In this document: positions 1 to 12,925 of the stretch, in pieces
Layout of the letters: the number at the start of each line of letters is the position of its first letter
Position numbering within the stretch: position 1 is the stretch's first letter
Origin: Guillardia theta CCMP2712
Taxonomy: Eukaryota; Protista; Cryptophyta
DNA: 34,713 nucleotides
Reading direction: 5' to 3'
Assembly: GCF_000315625.1 (NCBI RefSeq)
Contig: NW_005434667.1
Coordinates: 98,780-133,492, forward strand
Made by a program: the position numbers and the translations under genes
Notes under the pieces: generated by a model
The model's database searches: none
What the model was told of the DNA's origin: nothing
The model's input: only the letters and a program-made list of their open reading frames with translations

Positions 1-109
1 GGGAAGAGAAGAAGACAGGCAGGCAGGCAGGCAGGCAGAGAAGAAGAGTGTCTGGGACTGAGACTGAGGCTGACTGAGGAGATGGAGGGAGGGAGAAAGA
101 CTGACTGAC

Positions 110-641
110 GCGATGGGGAAGGGATAGTTGTGAAGGCTTGTCACGTTGGTGTGAACAGGTCGATTGGGGTTCCTCCCGCTCTATCCGAATGCTTCCACTG
201 GCTCGGATCAATGAGCGATCATGGTAGATCTCACCATGACGCTGCTCACCTTTCGACCTGCTAAACCTGCGCTCCTCCTCCTCTCTTGCATCATCTCAGC
301 AGTTTCAGAAGATGCAGCGAGGGGGGGGGACATGAAGACAGTGACTGTCTCCTCCTTCCATCCTGCCTCCGATCGTCCACGTCGCTCCCTCCACCATGAC
401 GGGCACGGCTTCTACCCGCAAGACTCCGACAGCCTCCAAGTGCTCGACGAGGTGGTTGACTCCTCCTCCAACAGCTGGCGGGCAGAGGGCAAGGAGGTGG
501 CGCTCAGCATCGCTCAGGACGTGATCCGGATCGGACCGTTCGCTGCGATCCACCGGTGAGACGGAGGAGGGAGGAAGAGGGAAGAAGAGAAGATGCGATG
601 GCGAAGAGAACTTTGGATTTGCCAACATAAGGGATGATGAT

Positions 642-727
<86 letters not shown>

Positions 728-1320
728 TGTAGTGATAGTGGAGGAGGAGGAGGAGGAGGAGGAGGAGGAGGAGGAGGAGGATGGTGCTGACAAGCAAAAC
801 TGATGGGGGTGGCAGGTTTAGCACAAGAGCTCACAGGAGAGAGGAGGCATTCAGAGGAGCTGACGGAGTGCTGGGACTGGCATACTCGGCGGAACCGAAC
901 TCAGCGTCGGTGCTGAAGAGCTTGAGCGAGGGGAGAGGAAGGAGTGGCACGTGGAGGAGCCGAAGAATTTCAGGAGGATGGAGAGGAAGATGTTCACGAT
1001 CGTAGCTGGGGAGGAAGGCGGAGAGCTGCAGGTCGACGGGTACGATGACGCTGCGACGCAGGACGGAGCAGTTTCCTTCCTGGAGGTGGCAGACAGCAGG
1101 TGAGGGAGCGATCGCCTGCTCGGGGCTGACAAGCTCTCAACAGCGGGTACTCGGTCGTTATCGGAGAGATCCGGTACGGTCGGCACGTCATCCTGTCCTC
1201 GTCAGCTGGAGCTGGAGCAGGAGGGGTTAACACTCCCCGCGCTACTCAACTGATCGGCGCCTTCGACACGGGCAGCTCCTGCCTTGAACTGCCGGACTCT
1301 GCGGTTGCGGGACTCTCTGT
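110..1320 (-). CDS. Hypothetical multi-exon protein (boundaries uncertain, probably runs off the window start)
   Basis: Coding-like segments on the minus strand (DDVPTVPDLSDNDRVPA; EGNCSVLRRSVIVPVDLQLSAFLPSYDREHLPLHPPEILRLL...NASSL; ERSDPDHVLSDAERHLLALCPPAVGGGVNHLVEHLEAVGVLR). The last two join in phase across a GTGAGC...GCAG intron filled with (GCAGGA)n and (GGA)n. No start codon or domain recognised. Confidence 0.4.
642..780. repeat. Intronic microsatellites (GAGCAG)n followed by (GGA)n
   Basis: Directly visible perfect tandem repeats. Confidence 0.95.
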
Positions 1321-2156
1321 ATGGCAGGAGGAGGGAGAGACGGAGGAGGAGGAAGGAAAGGCGGTCGGGGGCGAGGGCGGTCGGGAGAGGACGATGCTAG
1401 TGCGAGGAAGATGCTAGACGGGGAGCAGGAGGAGGGGGAAGGGAACGAGGGGGAGGAGGGGAGGGGTAGGGGAGGCGAGGAGGGAGAGTGGGGATTAGCC
1501 GTGCGTATGCCTTCCGGTAGGGGAGGGGGGTGGGTGTTTTTTTTTTTTTATTCTCTTTTTTTTTTTTTGTTACTTTGCTTTTCCCTCCCAGAGGTTAGCG
1601 ACGAAAACCACCACCCCCCCCCGTTGAGGGGGAGGGAGGGGTGGTGAAAAAACAATCTCACGGGTAGCAGCGGGACTCCCCCCTTTTCCCAGCATGATGA
1701 TACGATAACACGCTCGCCCCCTTCATAGGGTTATTATTAACAAAAGGTGTCTGCTCTTCTCTATTGTTTTGTGTGGCTCCTAACCTCCTCCAATCTAGTG
1801 ACAGCCATACTCCCGCCACCCCCCGGCTGGGGGGGGAGATGAGAGAGAGATAAAAAATAATAAGTAGTTATGCATGGTCGACCTGTCGCTCGACTCCCGC
1901 CCCCCCCCCTACGAGAAGAAGACATCCCTGCTCGTAGCGCTTCGGGGGGAAAGGGGGAAAGCAGGGAGGAGTTAGGTACTATTGTCGATTCAATGATACT
2001 GTACTCGTACGTATACCCTACCTAGCTACTTGACGGACAGAAGCAATGGTCAGTAGCTCATGCTAAAAAACTTGATAGGAATAGAAACGTTAGTATGATA
2101 CTATTAAGTAGTTCCCATGCAGTTTAGTCCGACCTTCAACCATTTTTCCATTCATC

Positions 2157-2449
2157 NNNNNNNNNNNNNNNNNNNNNNNNNNNNNNNNNNNNNNNNNNNN
2201 NNNNNNNNNNNNNNNNNNNNNNNNNNNNNNNNNNNNNNNNNNNNNNNNNNNNNNNNNNNNNNNNNNNNNNNNNNNNNNNNNNNNNNNNNNNNNNNNNNNN
2301 NNNNNNNNNNNNNNNNNNNNNNNNNNNNNNNNNNNNNNNNNNNNNNNNNNNNNNNNNNNNNNNNNNNNNNNNNNNNNNNNNNNNNNNNNNNNNNNNNNNN
2401 NNNNNNNNNNNNNNNNNNNNNNNNNNNNNNNNNNNNNNNNNNNNNNNNN
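2157..2449. other. Assembly gap (N run)
   Basis: Run of n. Confidence 1.
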
Positions 2450-2733
2450 TCACTTTCATTACTCCCCTTCCTACTCCTTCTTTCTCTTCCTCTTCTCAAC
2501 TGTTCCCTGTCTCTACATCCCCCATCTTTCTCAATCGTTTTGCTTCCCTCCCCTGCCCTTCTTCTTCTTGTCTCTTCTCTTCTGCTTCCTTGATCGCTCA
2601 CTCTCCTCCTCTCCTCCTCCTCCTCCTCCTCCTCCTCCTTGTTTACCTCCTTCCAACGATCTTCTCCCAGTTCTTGCGTCCTCCTCCTCCTTCTCATTCT
2701 CGCCTTCGCATCCTCATCTCTTCTGCCTCTGCC

Positions 2734-2887
2734 TCAACCCACTGCAGGTATATGATCGTACATGATTTCCACCTTCCGTCCATTCGTGTCGGACTGGCTC
2801 TGCTCGATCCTCGTTACAAGGTCCACCACCAGCACCACTACCACGTTTACCTCCTCCTCCTCCTCCTCCTCCTCCTCCTCCTCCTCC

Positions 2888-2948
<61 letters not shown>

Positions 2949-5900
2949 CTTCTATCTCTCCCTTACTTCCCCACCTCTTCCTTGCCCTCGATCTCCTCCT
3001 CACCTCCTTCGTCATCTCATCTCCTCCTCTGCTCCACATGACGTGGAGACATGTCAGATGCTCCGATCGACGAGATACAAGGAGGAGGAGACGAGGAGCG
3101 GAAAGATCGTCAAGATCCCGCTCGAGGTCGACACTAGCAGGCCAGCCAGGCGCTACCTCCTCCAAGTGGGGTTGGGGTCTCCGGTGAGAGCGGGAGAGAA
3201 GAGAGGCAGGAAAGGGAGGAGGCAGGGAGGGGAGGGACGGAGAGGGGAAGGGGGAGAGAGACGTGAAGTGTGGAGGACGAGCCGATGGTGTCGAGAGGAG
3301 AGAGGGGAGGACAGATGGACAAGAGGACGAAGACGCTAAGTTGCTGCTGCAGGTCCAGTCGCTGAAGATGTTAGTGGACACGGGGAGCTTTCTAACGGAG
3401 GTAAGGGAGGAGGAAGAGGAGGAGAGGGGAGGGGGGATGAGGCGGAGGGGAGGAAACAGAAAACCTTGGAGGATAAGTGAAGGAGGAGCCTGGGGGAGAG
3501 GAGGGAAGGGGAATGAAACCCGGGTGAGAAGGACTGAAGGGCTCGGCAGGTTTTTACTTGCCCTCCTTGTCATGATGAGAAGAACGAAAAGTCTTCCTCC
3601 TCCTCGGATCACATGCGAGGGAGGAAACAGAAACTTGAGAAGAAGGAAGTGAAGGAGAAACATCGGGCCAGCCAAAGGCAGACAGGTACAGAGGGCGAGG
3701 GAGCGAGGAAGGAGGGAGCGAGGGAGAAGGAGAGAGGAGGGAGGGAAGGAGGGAGCGAGGGAGACGGAGAGAGGAGGGTGCAAGGGAGAGGCAGCGAGGG
3801 AGGGAGGGAGGGAAGGAGGGAGGGAGGGAGAGGGAGGGAGGGAGGGAGGGAGGGAGGGAGGGAGGGAGGGAGAGGGAGGGAGGGAGGGAAGGAGGGAGGG
3901 AGGGAAAGGGAGGGAGGGGAGGTAGAAGAGGCTCTGTTGACATGTTGCAAGGAGAGGTAGTGAAAGGCTCAGATGAGATACCAGGGATTCAGGTGCTCCA
4001 GACCTTCTCCTCCTCCTCTGTTCCAGTCTTCACTCTATCCCCTTCCTCCTCGCCCCTCTTCCCCTCCCTTCCCTTCCTTTTCTTCTTCCTCCTGCATCCT
4101 TCGCTTCCCCTCTTCTCATTCGGTTTCGTTCTGCTTGGTAGGCCGGAGGAGTCATCGTCATGCTTTCCCTGGTGGTCTGCGTTGGGGTAACTGCAACTCT
4201 CCGCCTCCTCCTCTGCCCTCCTCTGCTCTCTACCTGCTCCTCCTTCCATCATCCCTCTCCTCCTGATAAGTCCTTCCCACCTCTCAAGCCTCTGAGCATC
4301 TCCTCCCCTCTCACGTTGTCATCAGATCGCTGAATGGAGGAGAAGAAAAGTTGCCGTGCCCAAATTTCGACTTGTGGAGTGAGACTATCACTGATCCTTC
4401 TCCAGCTCCTCCTTCTTCTCCTTCACTTCCTCCTCCTTCTCCTTCTCCTTCTCCTTCTCCTCCTCCTCCTCCTCCTCCTTCTCCTCCTCCTCCTCCTTCT
4501 CCTCCTCCTCCTCCTCCTCCACTTCCTCCTGCCTCCTCCAGCACTACTACCGCGGCCTCCCTTCCGGCATCTGATATGTTTGCAGGTACAGCCAAGTAGA
4601 AGGAGAGCCGTCCAAATTCGAATTTTCAGACTTGTGATGTGGAGCATGAGACGAGCGAGCACAGGGAGGGATAGACTGGAACAGCTTCAGATTGCAGGAG
4701 GAGAAGGCGCAAGGGAAGAGCGGGAGAGGAGGAAGGGATGCGGTGACTTGCTTCACGTGTCCAGCACGTTAACTTTCTTTGTTCCTCTCACTCCTCCGCC
4801 TCCTCGTCCCACGTGAACAACCCGGCCATGATGAGAGAGTTGAGAGTCCTGACGGATCAGTCAGCAAGTGACAAGCCGCGCCTGATGCTTTGTTTCCCTC
4901 GTCTATCCTCTGTCTCCTGCACCCTCTCCTTCTCCTCCTCCTCCTCCCTCTCCTCCTCCTCCTCCTCCTCCTCCTCCTTCTCCCTCTCCTCCTCCTCTGC
5001 TTACCCGATGGTTCGAGGAGTCTCGTCGCTCTTTTCCGAGCGCCAAGTCGATGCCTGCAGCAGGAGCTTCAGGATCAGGAGGAGCAAGCGCAGGAGAAGC
5101 AGAGAGTGAAAGCAGCTGTGCGCGAGTGAAGGTCAACGAGGAGGAGGAGAGGATCTAAACGATCAGGGGAATGCGAAAAGAATGCCACACTTCTGGAAAA
5201 GCAGCAATTGGAAGAACAAGGGGAGGGCGCGAGAGGGAAAAGGAGGAGGAGGAGGAGGAGGAGGAGGAGGAGGTTCTTACTTTGGTCACATCTTCCGGAT
5301 TGATTCGATTGATCCTTGAGAGACCTACCGACTGTTAAATCATAGATAAACAAACACCAAGCAGACTCGAGCACACAAAGTTCAGAGATCGGAACGTTTC
5401 AACCAGTAGGGCAACGACACGTTGTAAGACAACAATCACTTCACCTGCTGATAAAATCTTTGCCTTCCTACTGGACACAACTGTAAGAATCTTGAGTGCC
5501 TCCTGCTCCATTGTCAGCGAGCGACGAGCAAAGGAGCTCAGATGACTCGGCGACCTCAGGAGCTTTCTTGCGATCTGACGTGTTGTGTGCAAGGAGGAAC
5601 GTTTGGATCTGACCATCTTCATCCTTCGCCTCCATCCCCCTCAGCTCCTCGTCCTCGTCCTCGTCCAGCGCACAAAGTTCGATCATCCCTGTGCCCCAGC
5701 GCTCGTCAAGATCGGAGCACGGGGAAGGGAAAGTAGTCGACCTGCTTCTAGGATCGAGGCGAAAGGAGGACGAGAAGTCCAATCGCTGTGCGCATGTGAG
5801 CAAGCCGACGAAAACCAACAGACAAGGGAGATAGGGGCACGTGTCAAGGAGGAACATGTGGAAGAGAATCACTGGGAGGAAGGAGAGCAAGAGCAAGGGA

Positions 5901-8017
5901 TCTGCCACACAAGGCAAGATAGTGACAAGAGCATGCAGGAGCAGGCGACAAGCATCGTATCACCATCCTATGGGCGTTTGCATGTAACGAAGGCGGATCT
6001 CACGGACGAGCGCTATCGCCTGCTTGGTGCTGATCCTGGCGAGGGATCAACGAAGAAGGAGGAGCTGTGTTCTACTCACCAAGATGCAGATACAGCAGGA
6101 GGAGAAGGGAGGGCTCCAGGAGCGGAGGACGAAAAGATCGAGACTTGAACCTGCGATTTGTCAATCAGAAGGGAACAACATCCTTGAAATCAGACCTCCC
6201 ATTTCCTTGTTGCATCCTCTATCAACGCATTGAACTTTTCAGAGGAGAACTCGAGTGCTGGTGTGATGAGTCAAACTTTGCAGTTTCGTTTGCTTCAACG
6301 CTCATTGGCACAAAATTTTCCTTCCCAGATGCCATCGTCTTCTGATCTCTGATCTCCTATCATCCTCTATCCTATCATCCCTGTTCACTTCTTCTCACTA
6401 TTCCATCGTTTGTTGTCGTTTGTCATTGAATGGTGAATTCAAAGAAGCCTCTCACCGTCTTGCGAATTAGTGCGAGGGAACTGTGGCTCAGGCGAGAGCT
6501 GCGAGTGAGCGTTACTATCCTCCTCTTTCTCGCTCTTATCCCACCACCCGCAAATCGATTCATGATCATAATGGTTCATCAGTGACATTCAGCAGTTGCA
6601 GGAACACAGAAAGTCGGTCGCGACACCATCAACTCTATCTCTGCACGTCACACCCTCTTTGCTCCTTCCTCAGTGTCATCACACAAATCAGCCAGACAAT
6701 CAGCACCTGTCGGGAAATGGGAGGCGAGCGAAGATGCTGATGATGCTCCTACACTCAGTCTCAGTGTTTTCTCCACATTCTTTTGCTTCCACCTCAGCTT
6801 GAATCTGTGTGAGTCTCCCAAGTGAATCCTGGAAACATTCATCTCAATCCCTGTGTGATGCCACAAGGTGAAAGCTGGTCAGCAGGACCTTCGCTCTGAA
6901 GGAAACTTTCTTTGAGCTCGAGCTAGTCCTGCAGCAGGAAACAATCATGTGTTCTTTTGGATACTGCATACTATGTAACCTTTCGATGTCCGTTTCGTCC
7001 GGATTTATGCTCTCCCTCAACTCCCCATCATCGTTGCCATCCTGCTCCAGGAATCAGATCAAGTCCTGATCCTCCCAGGCCATGGTGTTTGAGCAGGAGA
7101 GCAAGACATCAAACTCTCCTATATCCTTTCAAATCTCAAGAGAAATTCCCGCGCAGGGCACCGTGAATCACCTGGACAACACACCCACCTTTCGATCGTC
7201 ATCATCATCGTTTGCTCCTCCAAGCTTCACACCCTTGAAAGTGCGTAAGGGAGGAGACTGACTACTCATCATCAATGATTCAATCAAGTGTCGGGTTGAC
7301 CTCTGTAATAATCTGCGGACGCGAAGACGTTGTTTCCTCCTACAATGATCTCAGCCCAGCACAGCATGCAGAAGCCTGCTTCGTCACCTCCTGTGCTCCA
7401 CCCTCGTCCTCTTCCGCCTCTACTTGTGCCAGTGCAATGGCAGATTTCTTTCCGAACGGCTGCTCATTGCGTCAGTCCCAACCACTCCAAAGTTGCCATT
7501 CTTGACCTCTGCAATTTGATGCACTGCCTCGGTCGGAGGATTCGCCTACAGGCAGCCATTAGGTGAATTCGAGGGCTTCAGTGCCACAATACACAATGAA
7601 CAAGAAGAAACTGAAGACAATCTTACCTTGGTATCATCCTCATTCTCATCCTCCGATCCGTCCTGGGGTTCCGGTCCCTGCGCACAGGCGGTGAGAGGAG
7701 ATCAACACGAGCTGCTCTGTGAGAGATAATGGATTCCTTTGGGTGCTACAGGATTCCAATTATTTCGAGCATCCTAAAGAAATCTGGACAAGTATTCCTC
7801 GTGGCTCTACCTAAGACCTAAAGGTACGGATCCAGCAATGAAAGCTTTTCTGCTGGCTGAATGTTGACGCAAGATGGGAAAGGGAACAAGATTAGATCCA
7901 TGAATGAGACTCCACCTTGGATCCGAAGAAACTTCCCAGGACATTCTTGAAGGCTCCTCCTCCTCCTGCTCCGCTCTCCTCCTCCTCGCTCTTCTTTCCC
8001 TTGCGCCTCCTCGGCAT
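2734..8017 (-). CDS. Large multi-exon hypothetical protein with an acidic low-complexity N-terminus and a Leu-rich, probably helical C-terminal half
   Basis: ATG at 8017 (MPRRRKGKKSEEEESGAGGGGAFKNVLGSFFGSK|GT). A chain of short exons bounded by GT..AG follows: GPEPQDGSEDENEDDTK, PFGKKSAIALAQVEAEEDEGGAQE, SPPLRTFKGVKLGGANDDDDDRK, ISTKQAIALVREIRLRYMQTPIG, DPLLLLSFLPVILFHMFLLDT, GMIELCALDEDEDEELRGMEAKDED, TLNSLIMAGLFTWDEEAEE, ...RIEQSQSDTNGRKVEIMYDHIPAVG. Not every junction was resolved, so this could be two genes. Confidence 0.55.
2851..2946. repeat. (CCT)n-(CAT)n compound microsatellite
   Basis: Visible tandem trinucleotides. Confidence 0.95.
3797..3920. repeat. (GGGA)n tetranucleotide microsatellite
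   Basis: Visible imperfect tandem repeat. The same unit recurs at about 24343-24400. Confidence 0.9.
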
Positions 8018-9945
8018 GCCGCGTACAGTACAGAAATAGACTGGGGGTGGTACCAACATCCAGGGACAAGATAGGATTCGACGCTGAAACATGATGAAAG
8101 GGGGGGGTGGGGGTACTTTACAAATGCTCTCTGGGGTGGGTGGTATTAAGAGAGTAAGGAATGTGAAAGACAGTAATGACTGATATAGGAAGAAGAGCGA
8201 TCGAGGAAAAGACAGCAAATACACTATAACTATATAGCGGCAGATTCATACAAATTTATAACACATTTGAAATCAATCTGTACCAGGTGCAAGGGTTGAA
8301 AAGGTGTGTTTTAAGCCTCCTCCAATAAAGGGGAATTTATATAATTATATGATATTATGTATAATTTGGGATGTTTTGTATAACCAGGTTTGACGGAGTG
8401 GTGTAACGTGTCGACATAACGAATGGGGGGAGAGAATAAAAATTTGGGAAGTAAATGGGGAAAACTAGGGGTAGGGGTAGTAGAAATTTATAATAATACC
8501 GGTACAAAATAGGTTAGAAACAGGGGTTCATTGTATTGTGATCATCGGTTGAGTGAAGGGGTTGAAATGGATCCAATGGGTAAGAATGAAGGGTCCAGTC
8601 AGCTCATAGTCAGCGGTTTTAGAAGGGGGTAGGGAGAAGGGGAAGGTATACATACCCCTCTAAATTGTTCCAAAAGCACGGGTAGACCTTGACCTATGCC
8701 CGAAGGAGGCGTTCTAGGATGGTGGGGTAGTGGTAGGGAGGCGCAAATCACTCCTCGGATCATCGAAAACTCTCTATTTCAAATCTCTTTAGTCGCAGAT
8801 ACCACGTGACCTATCTCCGCTCCGCAGATCGTACGAAATGGTATCCGATGGTAATGGAGATTCATACCAGTAAAGCAAACAGTACCATATATCTGTTCTG
8901 AAATGTGTACTGGTTTCCTGCATGGTACTATCCCCCTAGGTGGAGATCTACATAATGGTACAACCTCAGAGGTATCCAGGTTCCTACAAATTCAGTATGG
9001 TCCTAGAACAAGTGTATAAAAGGGGTATGAGTGATGGATTCAGGTAAGGGTGGTTCAGGTCTTGAGGCTATCAAATGAGGTAATGGTCAAGATCTTAGCA
9101 CTGAACTAGAAGGATCCGTTGTGTCCTATCGTGAAATGCGCAATCCTTCCAACAAGAATTTTTTGAGATGGGTGGGGGTGGCTGTGGAGATACCCACCAG
9201 GTCATAGGGGTTAAAACTATTTTTCCATATTCGATCACTTTTGAAAACGAGTCGTACTGTGTCAATAATTTTAAAAATATATCCTCCGAAACTTCAATGT
9301 TCCTCGAATCATTTGAACTGTGAACTACTGAAAACCAATTATGTTATAAAATGCTTCGTTTTATCCAAAAAAGACTTTTAAAAGTGTGGGGTCGCATCAA
9401 GGCCTTGAAAGGGTCCTAGGAGAGCTACGGGGCACAACTAGGGATATCGACTTGACCCCTATCTTCTCCTAACATTCTGTAAGCCAATGTGAGTAGGTGG
9501 GGTAGTACACCCTACCCAGCCTGACCTGAAATATTAGGGGGTGGGGTGGTGCTGTTAGGTGGCTGTCGGCGGCTATGGCAGTAGTGGAACGAGGGAAGGG
9601 GATGGGAAGGTAGCGTAAGAGCAAAAGGAAGAAGAGGAGGAAGAAGGAAACTTGATCAATCGTTCATCATCATCATCTCGCTTTCACAGACCGATCCCGA
9701 GTCTCATCCTGGTTCTTGTGCAGGTTTTTGTTTTGATTCGAGGTGTTTGTCACGTGTCTCGGTTAGCAAGCGGCTTTCTTGCGGGAGTTCATTTCCATGT
9801 TAGATCCCACCGTCTGAAATCTTTCGTCATGAGATTCACAGTTGTGAGGAGCAACATTGCCAGGTCGTTTTCTTTGTACATATTGCTGTGGTTATGCCCG
9901 CTATCCTTCGCGGGTCACAGCGATTGGTCGGGACTGGGGAGAGCG

Positions 9946-11953
9946 ATGCCTCTAGATCGCAGCTCAGCTCCAGGGTTGACAGAAAGGATGCTGGTGCAGC
10001 ATCGCCAGGACCCTGAGAGCAATGAGCACTCTGTCGAGTACGCATGCTCTTACGAGAACTTCGGTGCAACCACGATGCCGCTCTGCAGTTCTTTCGAAGA
10101 CTGCAACGAGGACGGCAACGAGATCATCTTTGCGGACAGAAACTGGGAGCCTGAGTATGCATGCTCATATCGTACAAAATCGTCAACCATGCCACCTCCG
10201 GGTCAAGCATGCCAAAAGATGGAACTGAAGGATGAACCAAAAACGCAAGAGTTTGTGCAATGCTCAATGCAAAACCGACGGTGTGAAGCAAAAGTTCGTT
10301 CTTCCATTCATCACAAGGCACAAGCGAATAATGGAAAGCTGGGAAGCTCCAAGTCGTTAGGTGCTATCAACTCTATCCAGCAAGGAGGACTCAGAGATCC
10401 CAAAGGCTCGGAGGAGTCGATGTGGAGGGAGGACGTCGGGAAGAGGTACAGGGAATTAGTACCGCCAAAGCCAAAACGGGTTTCTTCAACTATTGGGGGT
10501 ATATCAGAAGCGGGGATGAGAGATGCAATGGCAAGAAGTTTTAGTGCAGAGCTTCGTTTGACAGAGCAGAAGGTTGACGAGGTTGTCATGTTCTTGGATT
10601 TGGACAAATGTACAATATTTGGGAATGACGGAAACGACCTTGGTATTGCGCTTCAATGGATGGAAAAGCCTTACGAAGATGTCGTTGAATTGTATGCTCT
10701 TGTTCCCTGCTTTTATTTGAGCTTATTCTGTATCCAAGGTACCGGCACCTCGTCAATCCATGCCTAAAGCCTGCTTATGAAAAATTGAAATCAAAAGCTC
10801 ATAAGGTATGTGTTCTCTAACATTCAGGAGGGACGATGTAATGTATTTTGTAGGTCAAAGTGGTTATATACACCATGCGAGCAACTTTTCTACTGTATAA
10901 GTCTTGTTTCCGTCCTGCTGTTATCGTTCTGCAATGGTACGACAAGTGGCATCGCGATGGACAGATTTATTTCCCGAATGATGTGAACTCAGCGGGTAAA
11001 TACTTTTGTCGATGCCTTTCTTGCCTTACGCAAGTCTTGAAAGATGAACTTCTTGAGAAAACGAATTGGCATCTCCTGGACGAGGAGAGGACTGATATCA
11101 AGAAATCGTTGGAACGGCTGCTGGCGGCACGTCAAGTCGTGTTCGAAGAATTGGGGCTCGAATGCCTTCCCGACCTTGTGGTTACAGCTCAACCTAAGAA
11201 TGTGGAGAAGACAGGCATGGCGCTAGGATACAACCCCCAGAACTGCTTTTTGTGGGATGACAATCCGAAGTTGCATCTAGACCCGAAGGTGACAAAAACC
11301 TCCCTTTCGTTTACTTCTCACCATTTCGTGAATCTTGGAGCATGACTCTGATCAAACCGCAATGCACAGGTTTTGGGTGTACCTCCATATGAGGAGATGC
11401 TGGAGGATAGACAAGAGAAGCTGCTGAATTTCTTGAATGAGTGTCTGCCTCCAGAGCAGATGGAGGTTCGCATGTGTTCGATGACTTTGTGTGAATCATT
11501 CATTCTCCGTGTAGGAGGATCTGTGGGAGTTCATGTTAGGTGCGGGGCCCTGCGATGCTTCTCTTCGAGAGGATTCAGTCACTGGGGACAAGACGTATCA
11601 CGTCAAGACTACCAAGTCCTTGGATCCTTGGCCTATCCCTGAGTTCAGGTATGATTAAGTAACGATTTGTTATCGATGCTGAATAGCTCGTCAGGGCCAG
11701 TGAAGTTAGCGCTAAGATGCGAAAAGCGGGCTTAGCAGAGGAGGGAACACTTTCACCCGTCACACCAGACTCGGAATCTTCACCTCTGAGACCGAAGAGC
11801 TTCAACGAGCTGGATCGGCTTGTTGGAAAGAGGTTGGACTCTTGCGTGTTCTGCTCTCATATCGTAACATTGTACCACAGCCTAGGCGAAAGCAACGTGC
11901 GCACGTCATGGCAGGAGCTGAAGGGAGAGGGTCAAGAAGTGGGAGCATCATGA
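9946..11953 (+). CDS. HAD-superfamily phosphatase, FCP1/SCP (NIF)-like domain with a long N-terminal extension
   Basis: Spliced model with introns 10692-10738, 10806-10853, 10996-11043, 11289-11369, 11466-11514, 11649-11694 and 11833-11880, all GT-AG and phase-consistent. HAD motifs occur in order: VMFLDLDKCT (I), VVIYTMR (II), AQPKNV (III), CFLWDDNP (IV). The start could instead be 9829 or 9988. Confidence 0.75.
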
Positions 11954-12073
11954 TCAGCTGAATGCTTGTAGATTACTTTAGTTGTACAGACAATGTTTAT
12001 GTAAAAGAACGTGTTGATGACAAGTGCTGAGCAAACAAGCGAGCCATGGAATTTGAAAGAGCGAAGTCGATCT

Positions 12074-12870
12074 CTATCTCCGAGCGTTGCCGATCTCACC
12101 GATGTAGGACGCCATCGACTGCGCTCGTCGGAGCTTGTAGAGTCGATGCATCTTGACATTGACGTCGTAGAGCTCGCGGTCGTGCAGCTGAATCTCTCCG
12201 ATGATGCGGAGGTGCTGAGCGTGCAGGATGACGTAGAGCTTCAGGTCGCGGTAGCCGTCCTGCACCACCGAGCACGAGAACTTGTTCTTGACTCGGCAGA
12301 CGCACAAGGAGTCATCCTGCAGCTCCAGGAACCATCGGGCGACTTGGAGGAGGTGCTGCGGCTTCTCGCAGACGATGGACAGGCGGACCGGGTCGAGGAT
12401 GTTGGCAGTGAGGGGCCATCGAGCTTTGCGGTCAGGAGGAGCGTACTCCTTCACCTTCTCCGCCATCCTCTCCGGTGTCTTGATGCTGGCATAAACTACC
12501 CGCACCGCCGCTGCCTCTTCCCCGAAGGAGCACAAGATCTCGAAGTCCTCCTCCCTCCTCCTCAGCTGCACGTCCCCGTAGCTGGAGGGCAGGGCCTGGT
12601 GCGCCAGGACGACGTCGGTGACTCGAGCACGGAAGTAGCCGTTGAGGATGGCGGCTCGAGCATGCAGCTGGGCGATGAAGGGAAGCTCTCCCAGACACTC
12701 CTTGTGCTGCCCCGAGGAGAAGCTCAGCTGCGCCTCTCGCCTCTGACCCTCATCCACCCGAATCGCACCCACCTAGTCAGGAGAATGAGCGGGAAGGAGG
12801 AAGTAGCAGCAGGGGCAGGGGCAGGGGCAGGGGCAGGGGGAGCAGGAGCAGGAGCAGCAGTAGTTAGAAC

Positions 12871-12925
<55 letters not shown>

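Noticed and set aside
2590-5136. Many ORFs encoding poly-L, poly-P, poly-S, poly-E or poly-R
   Set aside because: Translations of intronic microsatellites, which lack stop codons in most frames.
5585-6148. 187-aa plus-strand ORF
   Set aside because: Antisense to a series of minus-strand exons with well-placed GT-AG introns, and no recognisable domain.
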